Source of the DNA: Hydrolagus colliei
Lineage: Eukaryota
Direction of reading: 5' to 3'
Assembly: GCA_035084275.1 (NCBI GenBank)
Contig: CM068744.1
Span: 41,354,001-41,418,000, forward strand
Length of the DNA: 64,000 nucleotides
The stretch's first letter is position 1. The number at the start of each line of letters is the position of its first letter. Under the pieces are notes generated by a model. It was not told the origin of the DNA. It made no database searches and worked only from the letters and a program-made list of their open reading frames with translations. This document shows positions 11,267 through 25,789 of the stretch, one piece after another. The translations under genes were made by a program, and so were the position numbers.

Positions 11267-14209
11267 AGATAATGGATTACAGGTAATAATAATCTTACAC
11301 ATTAATATGAAGCCTTTCACATCAGGAGGACTACTCAAAGTGCTTCACTGGATTCAATCACATAATAGTATTAATATTTCCAAGTGATATAGCACACTTC
11401 TTGTTTTCTAGACTTCTCAAAGTGCTTCACAGTATATACTGTAAACTGAATTGATTGTATGTTTGTGAGTGAAACACGGCAGCCAATTGGGCACAGCAGA
11501 CCAAATTATTATTATTTTTTCTTGAGGGATTATTATCAGGTGAGTGGAATAAAAAGACTTGCCCAAGGTTTCGACCTGCTAGGAATCAAACCCAGATTTT
11601 ACACTTGCAAGGCGAATGCCCTAACCACGGCAATACAACACACTAAAATGTAGCAAACAATCTACGATCCTACACCAGAGAAGGGAAATATATAATTTCC
11701 AGTTGTTATTTTAGTATTGAACATGGCAGTCAATTTGCACAGAGCAATATGTCAGAAACAGCCATGACGTTTTAGGCTCGTATGCCCCCAGCTCTGCATT
11801 GACACATCATGTAAACCCTCAACTTTAAACACCAGTGTATGGCTTCAACCTCAACCTACTGACCCAGAGGCCTGGGCATTACCAACTGAGACAGACCCAC
11901 CCAGGTACCGTACCCTCTTCATTCCAAAATGTTTATCTCTTCTTTGTTTTCATTGTTTCAGCTCCTTCGACTTCCAGCAAATGTTGCTAAGACAGAACCA
12001 TTGATGGAGAGAAGACTTCACCAGACAATTTTCTCTCTGAAAACTTCAGCCTTCCAATGGGATAAACACAGACGCAATTGTGACATGCTTACACATGTTG
12101 GGTGATTTGAGTAAAAAATCTCCTTATTCCAATTAATTAGTTAAAATTCTGCTATGCTGTCATCTTTCCCAGAATAACATTTGATGCAGAATCATTCATG
12201 ATACGACATCCTAAAGCACTTCACAAGATTGTCTGTTACCTCCAGTGACTATGCTTTTTAATAACCAATTTACATGCAGCAGTAAACAATAATTACCGTA
12301 AGCAAATGCCTTTTATTCAGGGTTTGTTGGCTGGGTGAATCCCCCTTGTGCCATAGGACCTTTGATGCTAGCATTGTACTCTTCCCAGGCTACTGAAACA
12401 TCAGCCCATTCTGTGAGCTCAAAGTCACAACATGGGATACAAACCCACAACTTGCTGACTCACACATAAGTGCTGCCACCTGAGCCCAGCTGATACCAAT
12501 GTGCTAGTAGGCGCCAGTGCTTGTGACCTTCTGTCCATTGGCTAATTTATCATAAATATAATTTTTCGTTGTTGTTTCACTGAAGAGCTGGCCCATTCTC
12601 ACTGAGTGGCAATCAGGGGCAGGTGATTAGTATCTATCCCTGGATCACTGCACACTCACTGCAAAGGAACAGATCAATCACTGAAAGGTTTACAGCATCT
12701 TCTCTCTATGGTTCAGTCACTGCTCATGTTAGAAGGAGCTAGAGAAGGGAACCTGATGCTAATCCATCACTTAGTCAGGCCCACATCTCATGCTTTCACT
12801 ATTAGAACTTTCACATATGCTTTTCATATTAGAAACAAACAATCGCTTCAGCATTAAATTATATTAGCAAATAATAGATAACCAGAGTAACTGGTGGTGG
12901 GACATAGACATCAAGTGGCTTCTGCAGATAGCTCATCATTCAGCCTCCATTTCTTTCCATCTCTCTATCTTCGTGTCTTTCTGTCTCTATCTTCCCATAG
13001 CTGTATCTGATATCGTCTTTGACTCTTCATAGTCCAGTTCCTCAGCCAGTCAGCTCCACAGTATGCCAGCTCACTGCTATTTGGAGCAGCAAAACATTCA
13101 CTGAGAGCTGGGATTCTTCACACTCAGTTTCTGATAACCCTGCATGTCAAAGACCTAGCAGCGTTAAGCTGGTTACACCAATGCACACTCTGACTTCCCC
13201 AAGCCTTGGCTTTTGCTAACGTGAGCCTAGAACTCTCCGAAATAAGGTGAGCAGAATGTATCCCTCCAAGCAGATTACACACATTCCATTCCAAGTTTAG
13301 CTGAAACTCTCAGTCTGATTTGGATACTTTTAAGCATAGTGATGGATTTCCGAGTGTGTTTACCTCGGTTGCAACAAATATGTCACTCTGTGTAATTGTA
13401 TTGTACCCTTTATCTCTTTCCAATTTTCTCTCTGTATCCGTCTGTGCTTCCATAAACCATACTCCTTCTCCCTCTCAGTATTGTACTCACTTTCCCTCCC
13501 TTCTTCTGACTATTTCTCTTTCTCTCAGGTTTGAAGGAAGATGTATCTTCAGAAGCTGAGGTATTAACTCATAGAATGGGAAATTGAATCAAGAATTGTG
13601 GCCATATATTGCTAAGAGATCATGGTGAATAGAAGGAAAAGGGTCAGAAAGAGTAGCTGCAGTGGAGGAACTCACACCAACACATGCTGAATGGCCTCCT
13701 CCTGTGCTATAATGTCTATGATTCCAGGGTGGGTAATGTAGTGATGTGAAGCTTTTGAAACTAATGCTCTGCCTACCAGTAATGTATGAGATGTTATTGA
13801 GTATGAAATGAACAAACAAATGTGCTTTTAGATGATTGTCTGAGCTGTTGCAAGGCAAGATATAGGCTGATGGATCAGGACATATGGTGTCCGCTAGCAT
13901 TGGAGCCTGTGACCTGTTACCTCTCTGACTATAGTCATTCAATAAACTGCTGTCACTATACCACTGTGTCCACTCACTGTCATTCTCTATTCTGCTGTGT
14001 TTATGCTCATACTCACCCACAGTAAATTCCGTACCCCATCACACCAGTTCCAATCAAGCTCCACTCGATCTCCATCACCAAGATCCATACACTCATTTTC
14101 AAACCCCTTCATACCATGGCATATCCCTATCCCTCTTACCCATCTACCCCCCAACTGGCTGCCACTACTCAACAGCCTGTGTCCCTCATATGCTCCATTC
14201 CACCAGTCC

Positions 14210-15100
14210 TTTTTGACCCCCAACTCTCCTTTCTTCCCCATATCCATCATTACTGGCTCTGCCTTCCCCCACTTCCACAATTTTGCAAAATTCTGCCAAT
14301 GCCTCACCACTCAGGCCATTGAAACCCTCAAGGCTTGATTAAACATTTCTCTACATGCTTCCCTCAGAGACATCATCCTCAGACATGGGATAAATTTCCG
14401 CTTGCATATGGATAACACCCAACTCTACCTTTCCGCTTCCACCCTCAACTCCATGTCTACAGGCGTCCTGACTGTCTGCCTGTCTGACATTGAGTCCTGG
14501 ATGAGAGACAACTTTCTCCAGCTGAATGTCCACAAGACTGAGGCCCTCATGATTGGTTAGCGTCAGCGCCTCCGCACCTCTGGCACTGACAGCATCAGCA
14601 TCCAAGGCTGTACTCTCCAACTCTCGAAGCAAGTAAGGAACCTGGGCATCTTGTTCAATCCTGAACTGTCCTTCCTCCCCCACATCTGTGCCATGATTAT
14701 TACTGCCTTCCACTACCTTCACAACATCACCAGACTCCACCACTGCCTCACCCCTCAGGCTGCTGAAACCATTGTCTACACATTCGTCACATGAAGCTCG
14801 ACTATGGAAATTCCTTCCTCATGAACCTTCCTGGTTCTTCCTTTCACAAGCTGCAGATCATCCAGAACTCTGCGGCTTGTGTCCTCATCCACACCAAGTT
14901 CCACGACCACATCGCTCCCACTCTTGCTCAACAAAATTGGCTCCCCATCCCCCAGAGGATCAAATTCAATACATTCATCCTTACCTTCAAGGCCATTCAT
15001 GGCCTTGCCCCCACCATCTCTCCAACCTGGTGTCCCCGTATGAACCTTCCCACCCCCTCCATTAAGCGGGCTCCAGCCTCCTCCATGTCCCCCGCCTGAG
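14210..15100 (+). mobile_element. L2 LINE RT/3' fragment
   Basis: ORF 14791 has KLQIIQNSAACVLIHTKFHDHIAPTL..WLPIPQRIKFN; degenerate DTQLY region upstream. Confidence 0.8.
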
Positions 15101-15122
15101 TAATTCCTATAATTCATGTGAT

Positions 15123-15604
15123 CATAGGGTCCACCGATATGGAAATTTTCCGATATCGATGTATCGGTGGACTCATGTCGATATATACCGATATATCGAT
15201 ATCACCGGGTTTTTATTTTGTGCGCATGCGCAGAAATTGTGATTAGTGGGAATGGGAGGAGGGGGAATGACCGGTCTGCGCATGTCTGATTGTGTTTGGT
15301 GGCGGGGGGAAGGGAAGGAGTGGGATGCGCGCGCATTCAGATATGCGTGCTCTACGCCCAGGAGGTTTGCAATGCAGGCGACAAGGTCAGTTAAATGCTA
15401 TCTATGGTTTTTTGTTAGTTTAAGGGAGCGTATAAGGCATTTGAACCTTTGGTTGTATATTTTCTGTATGCTGTAACGTGGCATTTGTTGACGATATATC
15501 AATATTTTGTGGATATACCAAAATATTTTTCATACCGAATTTTTTGATATACCGATATATTCAAATTTCTGATATTGGTATATCGATATAACCGATATAC
15601 TATG
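15123..15604. mobile_element. Probable non-autonomous DNA transposon (hAT/Ac-like MITE) with many CCGATAT/ATATCG subterminal repeats
   Basis: Begins catagggtccaccgatat, ends ccgatatactatg (catag/ctatg termini). Both ends carry clustered accgatat/atcgat motifs. CpG-rich relative to flanks; no ORF. No clean TSD found. Confidence 0.55.
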
Positions 15605-16214
15605 TGATACAGTACTTGATTTCCCTATTATGCTGCAGTTCCACCTGATACCAGGAGATGACAACATAGCTCATTGAATATAATTTTTTTTTAATCTTAT
15701 AAAATAATAAGGACAATCCTGGCATTTGATATAATGCCTTATCACGTTTTCAAGGCGTCACAAAGTGTTTTATAGAATAACAATTTCTGTCGGGATGATG
15801 TTCCTAGGCACTGAACAGTCCAGGGTCAGGAAGCAAGCATGGGGTGTGGGGGTTGGGGATGCAGGGTTGAGAGAAGTAGCGTGCAGCTGAAGTTATGGTA
15901 AAAAAGGGAAGAGTTGTGAATGCCGACAAGGACGGAGATTCCGCAGACAAGCCTTAAAATGACAAATCCATGTGTGAGGGTAGAGCAATGTTGCAGAGGT
16001 GGTGGTCATAGGGGATAATGGAATTTCTGATCTCTTGGTTTGAAATATGACCCAACAATCCAATTAAGGTGTAATAGAGATTTATTAATCAAAGTAACAC
16101 GTACAAAAGCAGTAAAATAATAATGTCGCTATAAGTAACAAAATTATACTACCAGTTTCGGAGCAGTCAGTCACAACCGTATCTATGCCCTCGGCTGGAT
16201 CTGCTCCTTACCCT

Positions 16215-18290
16215 ACAATAACTTTGATTTATATAGCGCCCTTCACACCAGACGGCGTATCAGAGTGCTTCACTGTAGCGAAACCCGGGATCGAGTCAGG
16301 GGCAGGGATAGAAAGGTGACTAAAGGCATGGTCCAAGAGAAAGGTCTCTAGCTGTGATCTGAATCTGGGGGGAGAGGGAGTGAGGTGAAGGGAGTGAGGA
16401 AAGGAGCTGCAGAGCCTCAGGGCCTAGTGACTGAAGGCACAGCCGCCGAGTGTGGAGCGGAGGATTCGGGGCACAAAGAGGAGGCCAGACCCGGTGGAGC
16501 GAAGGCAACGGGTGCTGGTTTGGGGAGAGAGGAGATCAGAGAAGTAGTGGGATGCAGAGGAGTGGAGGGATTTGAAAACAAGGGTGAGGATCTTGAATTC
16601 AATCCTCTCAAGGACAGGGAAGGGAGCTAGTGAAGTCTGGCAATGACTGGGGAATTGGGGAGCGCAGTTTGGTGCAGGTGAGTATGTGGGCGGCAGAGTT
16701 TTGAATCAGCTGGATTTTGTGGATTGTGGCGAGGAAGCCATTGGAATAGTCCAGCTGAGAGGTGAGTTTTAGGGGCAGGCCGGGAAGGTGGAGTTGAATC
16801 CTTCGGTTTATTTTATGTTTAATAAGTAAATCAATGTGTAAAACAAGCCAATCAGGAGGGCCTTAGTCTGCTGAAGTTTATCTGTAGAAGTTGTCTCTCA
16901 TCCAGCATCTTTCATTGATGCCTGACAGGCAGTAGATCAGCATGCCATTTGTCCTGGAATCGAGGGTGGAGGCAGAGAAATAGAGTTGGGTGTCATTCAC
17001 ATACATGTGGAAGTTGATCTCATCTGTGCGGATGATGTCAACAAAGGGTAGCAAGTAGATGTTGAAGAGGAGGGGTACAAGGACAGAGCCCTGAGGAACA
17101 CTGCATGACACAGTGCAGGGGCTGGAAGAGAAACAGTTGGCGGAGACAAATTCGAGATGGTGTTGGAGATAAGATCGGAACCAGTCAAGTACAGAACTAT
17201 GAAGGTTGAGGTGAGAGGAGAGGCTGAGAGCTGCACGGAAACCCAATTGAAGGGTCTCATGGAGGGTGTGGAAGGACAGGTAAGAGCAATGCTGAGAAGC
17301 AACAACTCATTCAAAGCCAAGAAGATGGGCCGGTAACTGAAAAGCAAGGATGCATCCAGCAAAGGTTTCTCTTGATTGGGGTGATTGGAGCTGTTGTGAG
17401 GGAGATCAGAATGGAACCAGATGAACAACAACAACAACAAAATTGCACTTGTATAGCGGCTTTCACATCAGGTGGACATCCCAAGATGCTGGATAGTCAT
17501 TGTTTCAGACCTGAGTTGGGGACAGGGAGGGTGGAGAGAAACGGGATGCTTTGGAGTGACCGATGGGTGCATCAAAGAGGAGAGTCGTGAGGTGGGAATT
17601 GAAGGAGGTCAGTGAGGGGGTGAGGCAGAGAGACTACAGGATGGATTTCTAAAGTTTGGTGGCAGAGTGGCTAAATACTTGCCTGCCAATAGTGGTGTGG
17701 TGGATGGGGGAGATGGATCAGGCTAGAGCTTGCTGAGCGGAGTCGGTAGGTAGGCTGGTCGGTAGGGGCTTTGGAAGTCGCTAATGTAGGGTGGGATGAG
17801 GCTTTGATTGTGAGGACCAGGATCTGGAATTGGACACTCTGGATGATGGGGAGCCAATGGAGTCGGGCGAGGATGTAGGAGATGGGGTCATGAAGCTTGC
17901 AGCACTAGAGGACATGGGCCACAAACTTCTGGATCATCTGCAACCTGTGCAGGGAGGAATTGGGAAGGCCACCAAGCAAAGCGTTTGCATAGTAAAGCCG
18001 GTATGTAATGAAGGCATAAATGAGGGTTTCAATGGCCCTGATGGTAAGGTAATGGTGGAGTTAGGTAATGTAGCAGAGATGAGGGAAGGCAGTGTGAGTA
18101 ATTTCTTGGATGTGGCGGAGAAAAGACAGTTGAGGATTGAACAAGACACCTAGGTTCCTGACTAGCTTGGTGAGGTCGAGTGAGCAACCATGGAATTGAT
18201 GCTTCGCCAACACCAACCAGCTCCTCCGCCCCCCCCACCCCGTCCGTCCGTCCATCCGTCTCACTTCGCAGATCCTCTCCTCAAACGCAC
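16215..18290 (-). mobile_element. Stacked L2 LINE fragments
   Basis: Minus-strand ORFs give VPQGSVLVPLLFNIYL..YVNDTQLY and KLVRNLGVLFNPQLSFL. aacaacaac tails on the + strand mark 3' ends. Confidence 0.8.
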
Positions 18291-18359
18291 GCTCCTACAT
18301 CCTCGCCCGACTCTATTGGCTCCCCATCATCCAGAGTGTCCAATTCCAGATCCTGGTCC

Positions 18360-19306
18360 TCACTTCCTTGAGTCCAAAATCGAGAGAATCCGCTCTGTGG
18401 TTTCCTCCCCCCATCTTTCCTCCACCTCCGCCCCTCCATCCGCTATTCCAACCACCACCCACCCCCCCTTTCATACTTTCATCCCCACCTCCCCGTCTTC
18501 AGTCACAAAAATAATCACTTCCATGAAACCCACCACGTGTTCACTGGACCCCATCCCCACTCCTCCACACCCAAATCCACCTCCTGGCCCCACTCATCTC
18601 TGACACCATCACCTTTCCTTCTCCTCAGGCACCATCCCTACCTCCCTTAAAACAGCCACCATCACCCCTATCCTGAAAAAACCCTCCCTTGATGCATTGC
18701 AGCCATCAAGCTACCGACCCATCTCCAACCTCCTGTTCCTTTCTAAGGTCCATCAAAGAGTGGCTGCCTCCCAGCTCTGCTCCTTCCTTTCAACTCACTC
18801 ACTCCTTGAACCCCTCCAATCAGGTTTCTGCCCTGCTCACAGCACGGAAACTGCCCTGGTCAAGGTTACAAACGACATCCTAACCACCTGCGACCAGGGC
18901 TCCCTCTGCCTCTTCGTCCTCCTTGACCTGTCTGCTGCGTTCGACACAGTCGATCACACCATCCTCCTCCAACGTCTTTTCTCCCACTTCAACCTTCAAT
19001 GCACAGTCCTTGACTGGTTCCATTCCTACCTGACCCACCGCCTACATTTTGTATCTTCTAATGGTTTCTCCTCAATGGCGTCCCCCAGGGCTCTGCCCTC
19101 CTTTTCACCATTTACACGCTCCTTCCTCCCCCACATCCGTGCCTTGACCGGCACTGCTTATTTCCACCTGCGCAACATTGCCAGGCTCCGCAACTATCTC
19201 ACCCCACACGCTGCATAAACACTCGTGTACGTGTACAACACCTCACAGCTGGACAACGGAAACTCTCTCCTCGTCAGCCTCCCCAGCACCTCCATTCACA
19301 GGCTCG
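18360..19306 (+). mobile_element. L2 LINE RT fragment, truncated where the duplicated block begins
   Basis: YRPISNLLFLSKV..QSGFCPAHSTETALVKVTND..LLDLSAAFDTVDH (RT motifs). Switches abruptly to CR1 sequence at 19307. Confidence 0.9.
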
Positions 19307-20710
19307 GGGACAAGATAGACCTTCACTTTGAAAGATATAGGCTAATAAAGGATTGCCAGCATAGATTTGTTAAAGGCAAATTTTGCCTTACAAATCTGAT
19401 AGAATTTATCGGTGAGGTAACGGAATGGGTAGACGGGGGTAGCGCAGTTCATGTAGTTTACATGGACTTTCAAACAGCATTTGACAAAGTGCCGCATAGG
19501 AGGCTTATTAGGAAAGTAGAGGTCCACGGCGTTAAAGGGACAGTGGCAGCGTGGATCCACAACTGGCTGTGAGACAGAAAGCAGAGAGTTGTGGTGAGTG
19601 ACTGTTTTTCAGACTGGAGGGTAGTGTGCAGGGGCATCCCCCAGCGATCAGTTTTGGGACCATTGCTCTTTTTCACATCCTCCCGATATGAAATGAGCTA
19701 TATAAGTGCAATTTTGTTGTTGTTGTTTTTGATATATATTAAAAAGAAAAACAATATATAGATATACTATATATATTAACTATCTAGACTTGGGTATAGG
19801 GAGCACAGTTTCCAAGTTTGCAGATGATACTAAGTTAGGGAGAATAGTAAATAGTGAGGAGGATAGTAACCATCTGCAAGAAGATATAGATAAAATGGTA
19901 AAGTGGCCAGACACATGGCAGATGAAGTTTAATGCAGAGAAGTGTGAGGTTAGATAGGTTAGACAGTACAATTTTAAGGGGTGTGCGGGAACAGAGAGAT
20001 CTGGGGATTTGTGTTAGTGATTCTTTGAAGGTGGCAGGACAGGTAGACAAAGCCGTTAAGAAGGCATATGGGATAATAGGATTTATACATAGGGGTATAG
20101 AGTACAAACGTCAGGAAGTGCTGACTAACCTCTATAAAACTTTGGTTAGGCCTCAGCTGGAGTACTGTGTACAATTCTAGTCACCACACTATAGAAAGGA
20201 TGTTAAGGCATTGGAAAGGGTGCAAAGAAAGTTTACTAGAATGGTACCAGGATTGAGGGTCTTCAGTTAAGGGGAAAGGCTAGATAGGCTAGGTTTATTC
20301 TCTTTGGAAAAGAGAAGGTTGAGAGGAGAACTGACAGAGGTTTATAAAATCACAAGGGGATTCGACAGTGTGAATAAGGAAACACTATTTCCACTGGTGG
20401 GCAAATCTGTGATTCATGATCACAGATTTAAAATAGTTTTGAAACGAAGCAGAGGGAAGCTGAGGAGAATTTTTTTCACTCAGCGGGTTGTTCGAATCTG
20501 GAATGCAGTGCCTGAAAAGGTGGTGGAGGCCAATTCGATAACCGCTTTTAAAAGAGAATTAGATCTTTATTTAGGGAGAACAAGTCTGTTAGGTTATGGG
20601 GAGAGAGCTGGGCAGTGGGATTGAGTTGCTCTTTCCAAAGAGCCGGCACACACTAGATGGGCTGAATGGCCTCCTTTTGTGCCATAAAATTCTATGATTC
20701 TATGATTCAA
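19307..20710 (+). mobile_element. CR1 LINE RT-to-3' fragment
   Basis: KGKFCLTNLIEF, VYMDFQTAFDKVPH, LVRPQLEYCVQF, RRLRGELTEVYKI; 3'UTR ending attctatgattctatga. Confidence 0.9.
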
Positions 20711-23586
20711 TGAATACTAGCTCCACAAAGAAAAAGCCCAATATTATCCATCTCCCACAAATGATACCAATGGTGTGGCTCATATAGTGTTCTACAGTCA
20801 ATTCACTTTACAGTATATTCTGTGAAGCGCTTTGAGACGTCTAGAAGAGGTGAAAAGCGCTATATCAAATGTAAGGACTATTAATATTGTTTCCTTGGAA
20901 GCTAAATTGCCACATATACAGCTAGTGTTGGAGTAACGACACAATGCTACGCACACAGAGAAAGATAAAGAGTTTCTTTGTGTTAGGCTATCAATCTTAT
21001 CAACGTTCTCTGGAATGGGTGATACTGGGATGTAATAAAGTGTTTAAGATAAATGAAGTCAAATTCCATCTGGACTCAAATCAGACAAGTAACTGTAATT
21101 CTCCAATCTTTTTGAAAGTTCACTAAGGACATCCACACCTTAAACTGTTCTTGGATTTCAATGCCCTGCAACATTGTTTCCTGGGGGAGTGGAAACAAGC
21201 TGTAGAGTTCTGAATAATCTGAATAGAAGACCAATCAGTAGGGAGATAGCGTAACTGAGCCTGGTTGTAATGAATAAGTATGGGAATGAGTGTCTCAGTA
21301 GCTTGAGGGGAGGCAGTGGCTGAACGATTAAATGTGTAGCTACCAGGAACACCCAGATCACCATCTGATGGTTTCTGCCCTGCCCATAGTACAGAGACTG
21401 CGCTTGTCAAAGTCACAAATTCACATCCCCTCTATCTGTGACCAGGGTTCCCACTGCCTCCTTATCCTGGACATCCCCACTGCTTTCGACAAGTCGATCA
21501 AGCCATCCTCCTCCACCGCCTGTCCTACGTCATCCAACTCAGTGGGACCGCACTCGCCTGGTTCGAGTCCTACCTCACAAACCGCCAGCAGTACATCTCC
21601 ACAAACCGCTCTCACCCGGTTGTACTCGAAGGCTCCATCCTTGGCCCCCTCTTCTTCCTGATCTATATGCTCCCTCTTAGGCATGTCATCCGCAGACATG
21701 GAGCACACTTCCACATGTATGCAGATGACAACAAACTCTATTTTTCCACCTCACTTTGCTACCCCCAGCCCATGATATACTGTCCATACTCTTTGGCTCT
21801 CGTCAGTGTCTTCAATCACACGGTTCCCACCTCCTCCTCCACCTGACCAACCCCTAAAACTCTCCGAACCCGTATGCCATTAGGTGTCAGGTTCAACCCC
21901 CGATTATACTTCCTCCATGGGGTCCGCTTCCACATGTATGCGGTGAACAACAAACTCTATTTTTCCCCCTCACTTTGCAACCCCCAGTCCCCGATGTACG
22001 GTCAGCCTGCCTGCTAGACATCGAGGGCTGGATGAGCGCAAATTTCCTTCAGCTAAATTTTGACAAGATGGAAGCTAAACTCTTTGGTTCTGTCTTGTCA
22101 AAATTTAGACACACAGTTCCCACCTCCTCCACCCACCTAGCCTGCCCCTAAAATTCTCCCAACCTGTCCACCATTTGGGCGTCAGGTTCAACCCCCAATT
22201 ATCCTTCCTCCCCCACATCCGGTCCCTCACCAGCACTACCTTCTTCCATCTCCGACGCATCGCCCGTCGCCACCAATATCTCACCCCAAAACTTGCCAAA
22301 ACCCTTGTCCATGCCTTTATCACCTCTCAGCTAGATTATTCAAATGCCCTCTTTGCCGGTCTCCCCTCCATTTCCGTTCATAAAATTCAGCTCATACAGA
22401 ACTCCACTGTATAATTCTCACCCTTACCAAATTCCGCTCCCCGAATACACCAGTCCTTGCCAGACTGCACCAGCTCCCTGTCCCGGAGAGGATTGATTTC
22501 AAGATCCTCATGCTTGTATTTAAATATCTCCACTCCTCTGCACCCCCTACCTCTCTGACCTCTTCTCTCCTCACAACAGTACCCGTTACCTTCACTCCCC
22601 TGGGTCTTGCTTCTTCCATGTCCCCAGAATCCTCTGCTCCATTATCGGCAGCTGTGCTTCAGCCACTACACCCTGAGTCCCTGGAAATCCCTTCCCCTTG
22701 TCCCCTCCTTTCCTATTTTAAGGTCTCAGCTAAAGACCTTTATTTTCTACCGCGCTTTCGATCACCTTCTTCCCCCTCCCCCTCAGCTCCGCCCCGCAAT
22801 CCGTTATTGTGAAGCACTCTGAGATGCCGTCCAGCATGGAGGGCACTATATAAATCTAAGTTGTTGTTGTTGTTTTTCTGCATAGTGTGGTTAATATCAA
22901 CTCCTCCCTTTCTATGCCTTGTGATCTCTGACCATCATACAGGTTTTCCAGGGGTATTAATCCAATCCCCCCCAAATTAAAAAAATTATAATGATTTGGT
23001 GACTCAATCCACTGCTACTTATGGAGTCAATGTGTGCATTTGGCTGCTGTATTTCACCCACGTAATAAACAGTTGATTTACTTTATAATATATCCTTTAA
23101 AGTGCTTTGATATATTTGAAGATGTAATAAGATGAAAAAGCAAGGATTATTATTATATTTCAGCACCATTGAGATAAAGGCTAAAATCCCATTCAACTTT
23201 CTGATATATTCTCCTACTTATGGTAATTGCCTCCTTCATGGCCTATCTCAAGTTCCTCCTCTTCCACCATGCATTTTGTCTCCCTACTTCACACACACAC
23301 TTGCCCTCCAACCGTCCTGATCCCAACCTACATCGTGAGTGCACATCCTGAATCTTCATGCCCTTGGGACTTCTTCCTGTAGTGAAAGCCACTATCCAAA
23401 TTTAATTTGATTTATTCCTAAATTCACAGATTTATAGAATCATAGAATTGTACACCAGAGAAACAGGCCACTCAGCCGATTATGTCTGTGCTGGAACTTT
23501 GAAAATAGGTGTCCCCATCCATCCCACTGCTGTACTCTCTTCCCATAGCGCTACAAACTGGTACTCCCCAAATAATTATCCCTCAG
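19307..23586 (+). repeat. Segmental duplication copy 1 (paralog of 34689-39075)
   Basis: Near-identical colinear sequence with the same CR1/SINE/L2 junctions and unique spacers. Starts gggacaag, ends aattatccctcag in both copies. Offset ~15.4 kb. Confidence 0.95.
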
Positions 23587-23639
23587 ATATGTAGAAAGTC
23601 AGCTCTCATTCAGGACTTACTGTCTGACAGACCAATATC

Positions 23640-25480
23640 TCAAGACAGTATTAGTCCTTGAGTCGAGGGTAGATGCAGAAAGTTGGGTGAATGCACCTGA
23701 ATGCACATTCAGGTGGAAGTTAATCTCATGTCAGCAAATGATGTCACCAAGGGGGATAATATAGAGGCTAAAAAGTAGGGGGCCAAGGACAGAACCCTGG
23801 GAGACACCACACATGACAGTGCAGGGGCTGGATGAGAAGCCATTGGTGGCGACAAAGTGGAGATGATGAGACAGGTAAGAATCGAACCAGGCTAGGGCAG
23901 GTCCACAGAGATTGAGCTGGGAGTAGAAACGGTATAGGAGAATGGAGTGGTCAACAGTGTCAAAGGCAGCAGAGTGGTCAAGGAGAACAAGGAGGCAGAG
24001 AGAGCCCTGATCTCAGATGTTTAGAATGTTGTTTGAGAATTTGACCAGGGCTGTTTCCATACTATGGGCGACACAGAAGCCAGATTGCAGAGATTCAAAG
24101 TGGGAATGGCGAGAGAGAAAGAAGCGAAGCAACAACTCATTCCATGGCATTGGAGAGGAATCGGAGGTTGTTGATGGGGTGATAGCTGCAGAGTAGGGAT
24201 GAGTCCAGTGAAGTTTGTTTCAATATAGGAGTGATGACAGCAGTTTTTAGAGTGGTGGGAACAATGCCGGTGTATTGTTGGAGGGAGATGAAGTGGTGAT
24301 TTGTGATGGCTTTTTCGGTGATGGTGATGTCCAAAGAGGTGAGGCCCCGGGCGATTACCAGGTTGAGCGGGTGGCCATGGATGTGGGTGGCAGAGTGGAT
24401 ATGGAGGGAGAGATTAAGGAAAGAGAGGAAGGAGAAGTCACTGGAGGTAGAGCAGGAGGGGGTGAATTGGAGGTTGAAATTGCCTTAGATGTGGAGGCGT
24501 TCAATGGCAAAGGGAGAGAGAAGACAGGAGGGTGGTGGTGGGTCCGAGAGGAAAGTGGGGTAGGGCTTGGGGGACGATGGACAAGAAGGATTTTGAGGAG
24601 AGCCTGGAAGGGTGGTAGAGGGTAAGGTTTTCAAAGGAAGAGAAGTTTCCAGAGAAGTAAGGGGAAGACCAGGAGATTAAAGCCATGGCGGTTAGGCATG
24701 TTTGGTGGGAAGCTGTACCTGGGAAAGATTGATAGAGTCAATGAGGAGGGAATTGGGAATAGATGTGAGAAGGGCATACTAGGTTTAGGGTGGATGGAGG
24801 TGATGGACAATTATGACTTTTGCCTCTAAGATTATTTTGGAGTATAAGGATGATTTGGCGGAGGCAAGAGCAAAGCGGTATGCTTTACATGCTGGTGGAC
24901 CATGAGGCCAGAGTTGAGCCGGGTGCGTTTGTAGAACACCTGACCCTTGAAGGAGCTGAAGAACCAAGGTGAGATTTATGAGTAGGATTTGTCAGGTGGT
25001 GAGGTGGGCAAAGGCATCAAGGGTAGTGGAGATTGTAGCATGGAGGAGAGAGAGTGAGGAGGATAGGTGAATTAGGAGGTAGGCTATAGTGTATGGGGTT
25101 CGGATACTCCAGGATTGTGGAGAGAAATTGTGGGAAGATTTTCTTTCAATGGTGGAAGAGGATAGAAGTGGGTTTGCTGATGGTGGGTAAAGGGATTGGG
25201 GAGATGAAGTGGGGATTGGAGATGACTTTGTAGATGATGGTGATCTGCGAGACACTGAGACCCCGGAGATCACCAGGTCGAGTGTGTGGCCGTTAAAGTG
25301 TGTGGCAGAGGATTTGAAGGGAAAGGTTGGGAGAGGAGAGATGAGAAGTCTGAGGAGATGGAGGAGGGGTTGAAGTGTAGGTTGCAGTCACCGAGGATCA
25401 GGAGGCAATCAAAACAGGAGGGTGAAGATGTCAGAGATGAATGTTGGAAAAGTTTTGAGGGTGGGGATAGTAAATGAAGA
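23640..25480 (-). mobile_element. L2 LINE ORF2 (endonuclease-to-RT) fragment
   Basis: Reverse strand gives LKTAVITPILKQTSLDSSLLCSYHPINNLRFLS and degenerate AFDTVDH / VSQGSVLGP regions. Confidence 0.75.
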
Positions 25481-25789
25481 GGAACTTGAGGGAAAGATTG
25501 GAGGGATGGCAGAGGGTAAGGTGCTCAAATAAGGTGAATGAACCAGAGGAGGGTACTGAGTTAGTGAGGCTTTAGAAATAACTTTTGAGAATAAAATGGA
25601 AACAATAATGAAATGCAATAGCAAACGCTTTTTATTCAATAAGTTGTCATTTAACAGGCTTCAGAAATAACTATTAAATATTTCAATTCCTTCCTTTCTT
25701 CTACCTCACTTTCTATTCCATTTATACTTTTTGGTCTTACAAACCCAAATCCAGCTGCTCGAGCACAGATGGCAGAAAATCTGGCTGAC

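Noticed and set aside
13020-13255. Possible exon ending in AAG|gtgagc within non-repetitive sequence
   Set aside because: No convincing ORF, signal peptide or partner exon. It might be a non-coding exon but cannot be supported from sequence alone.
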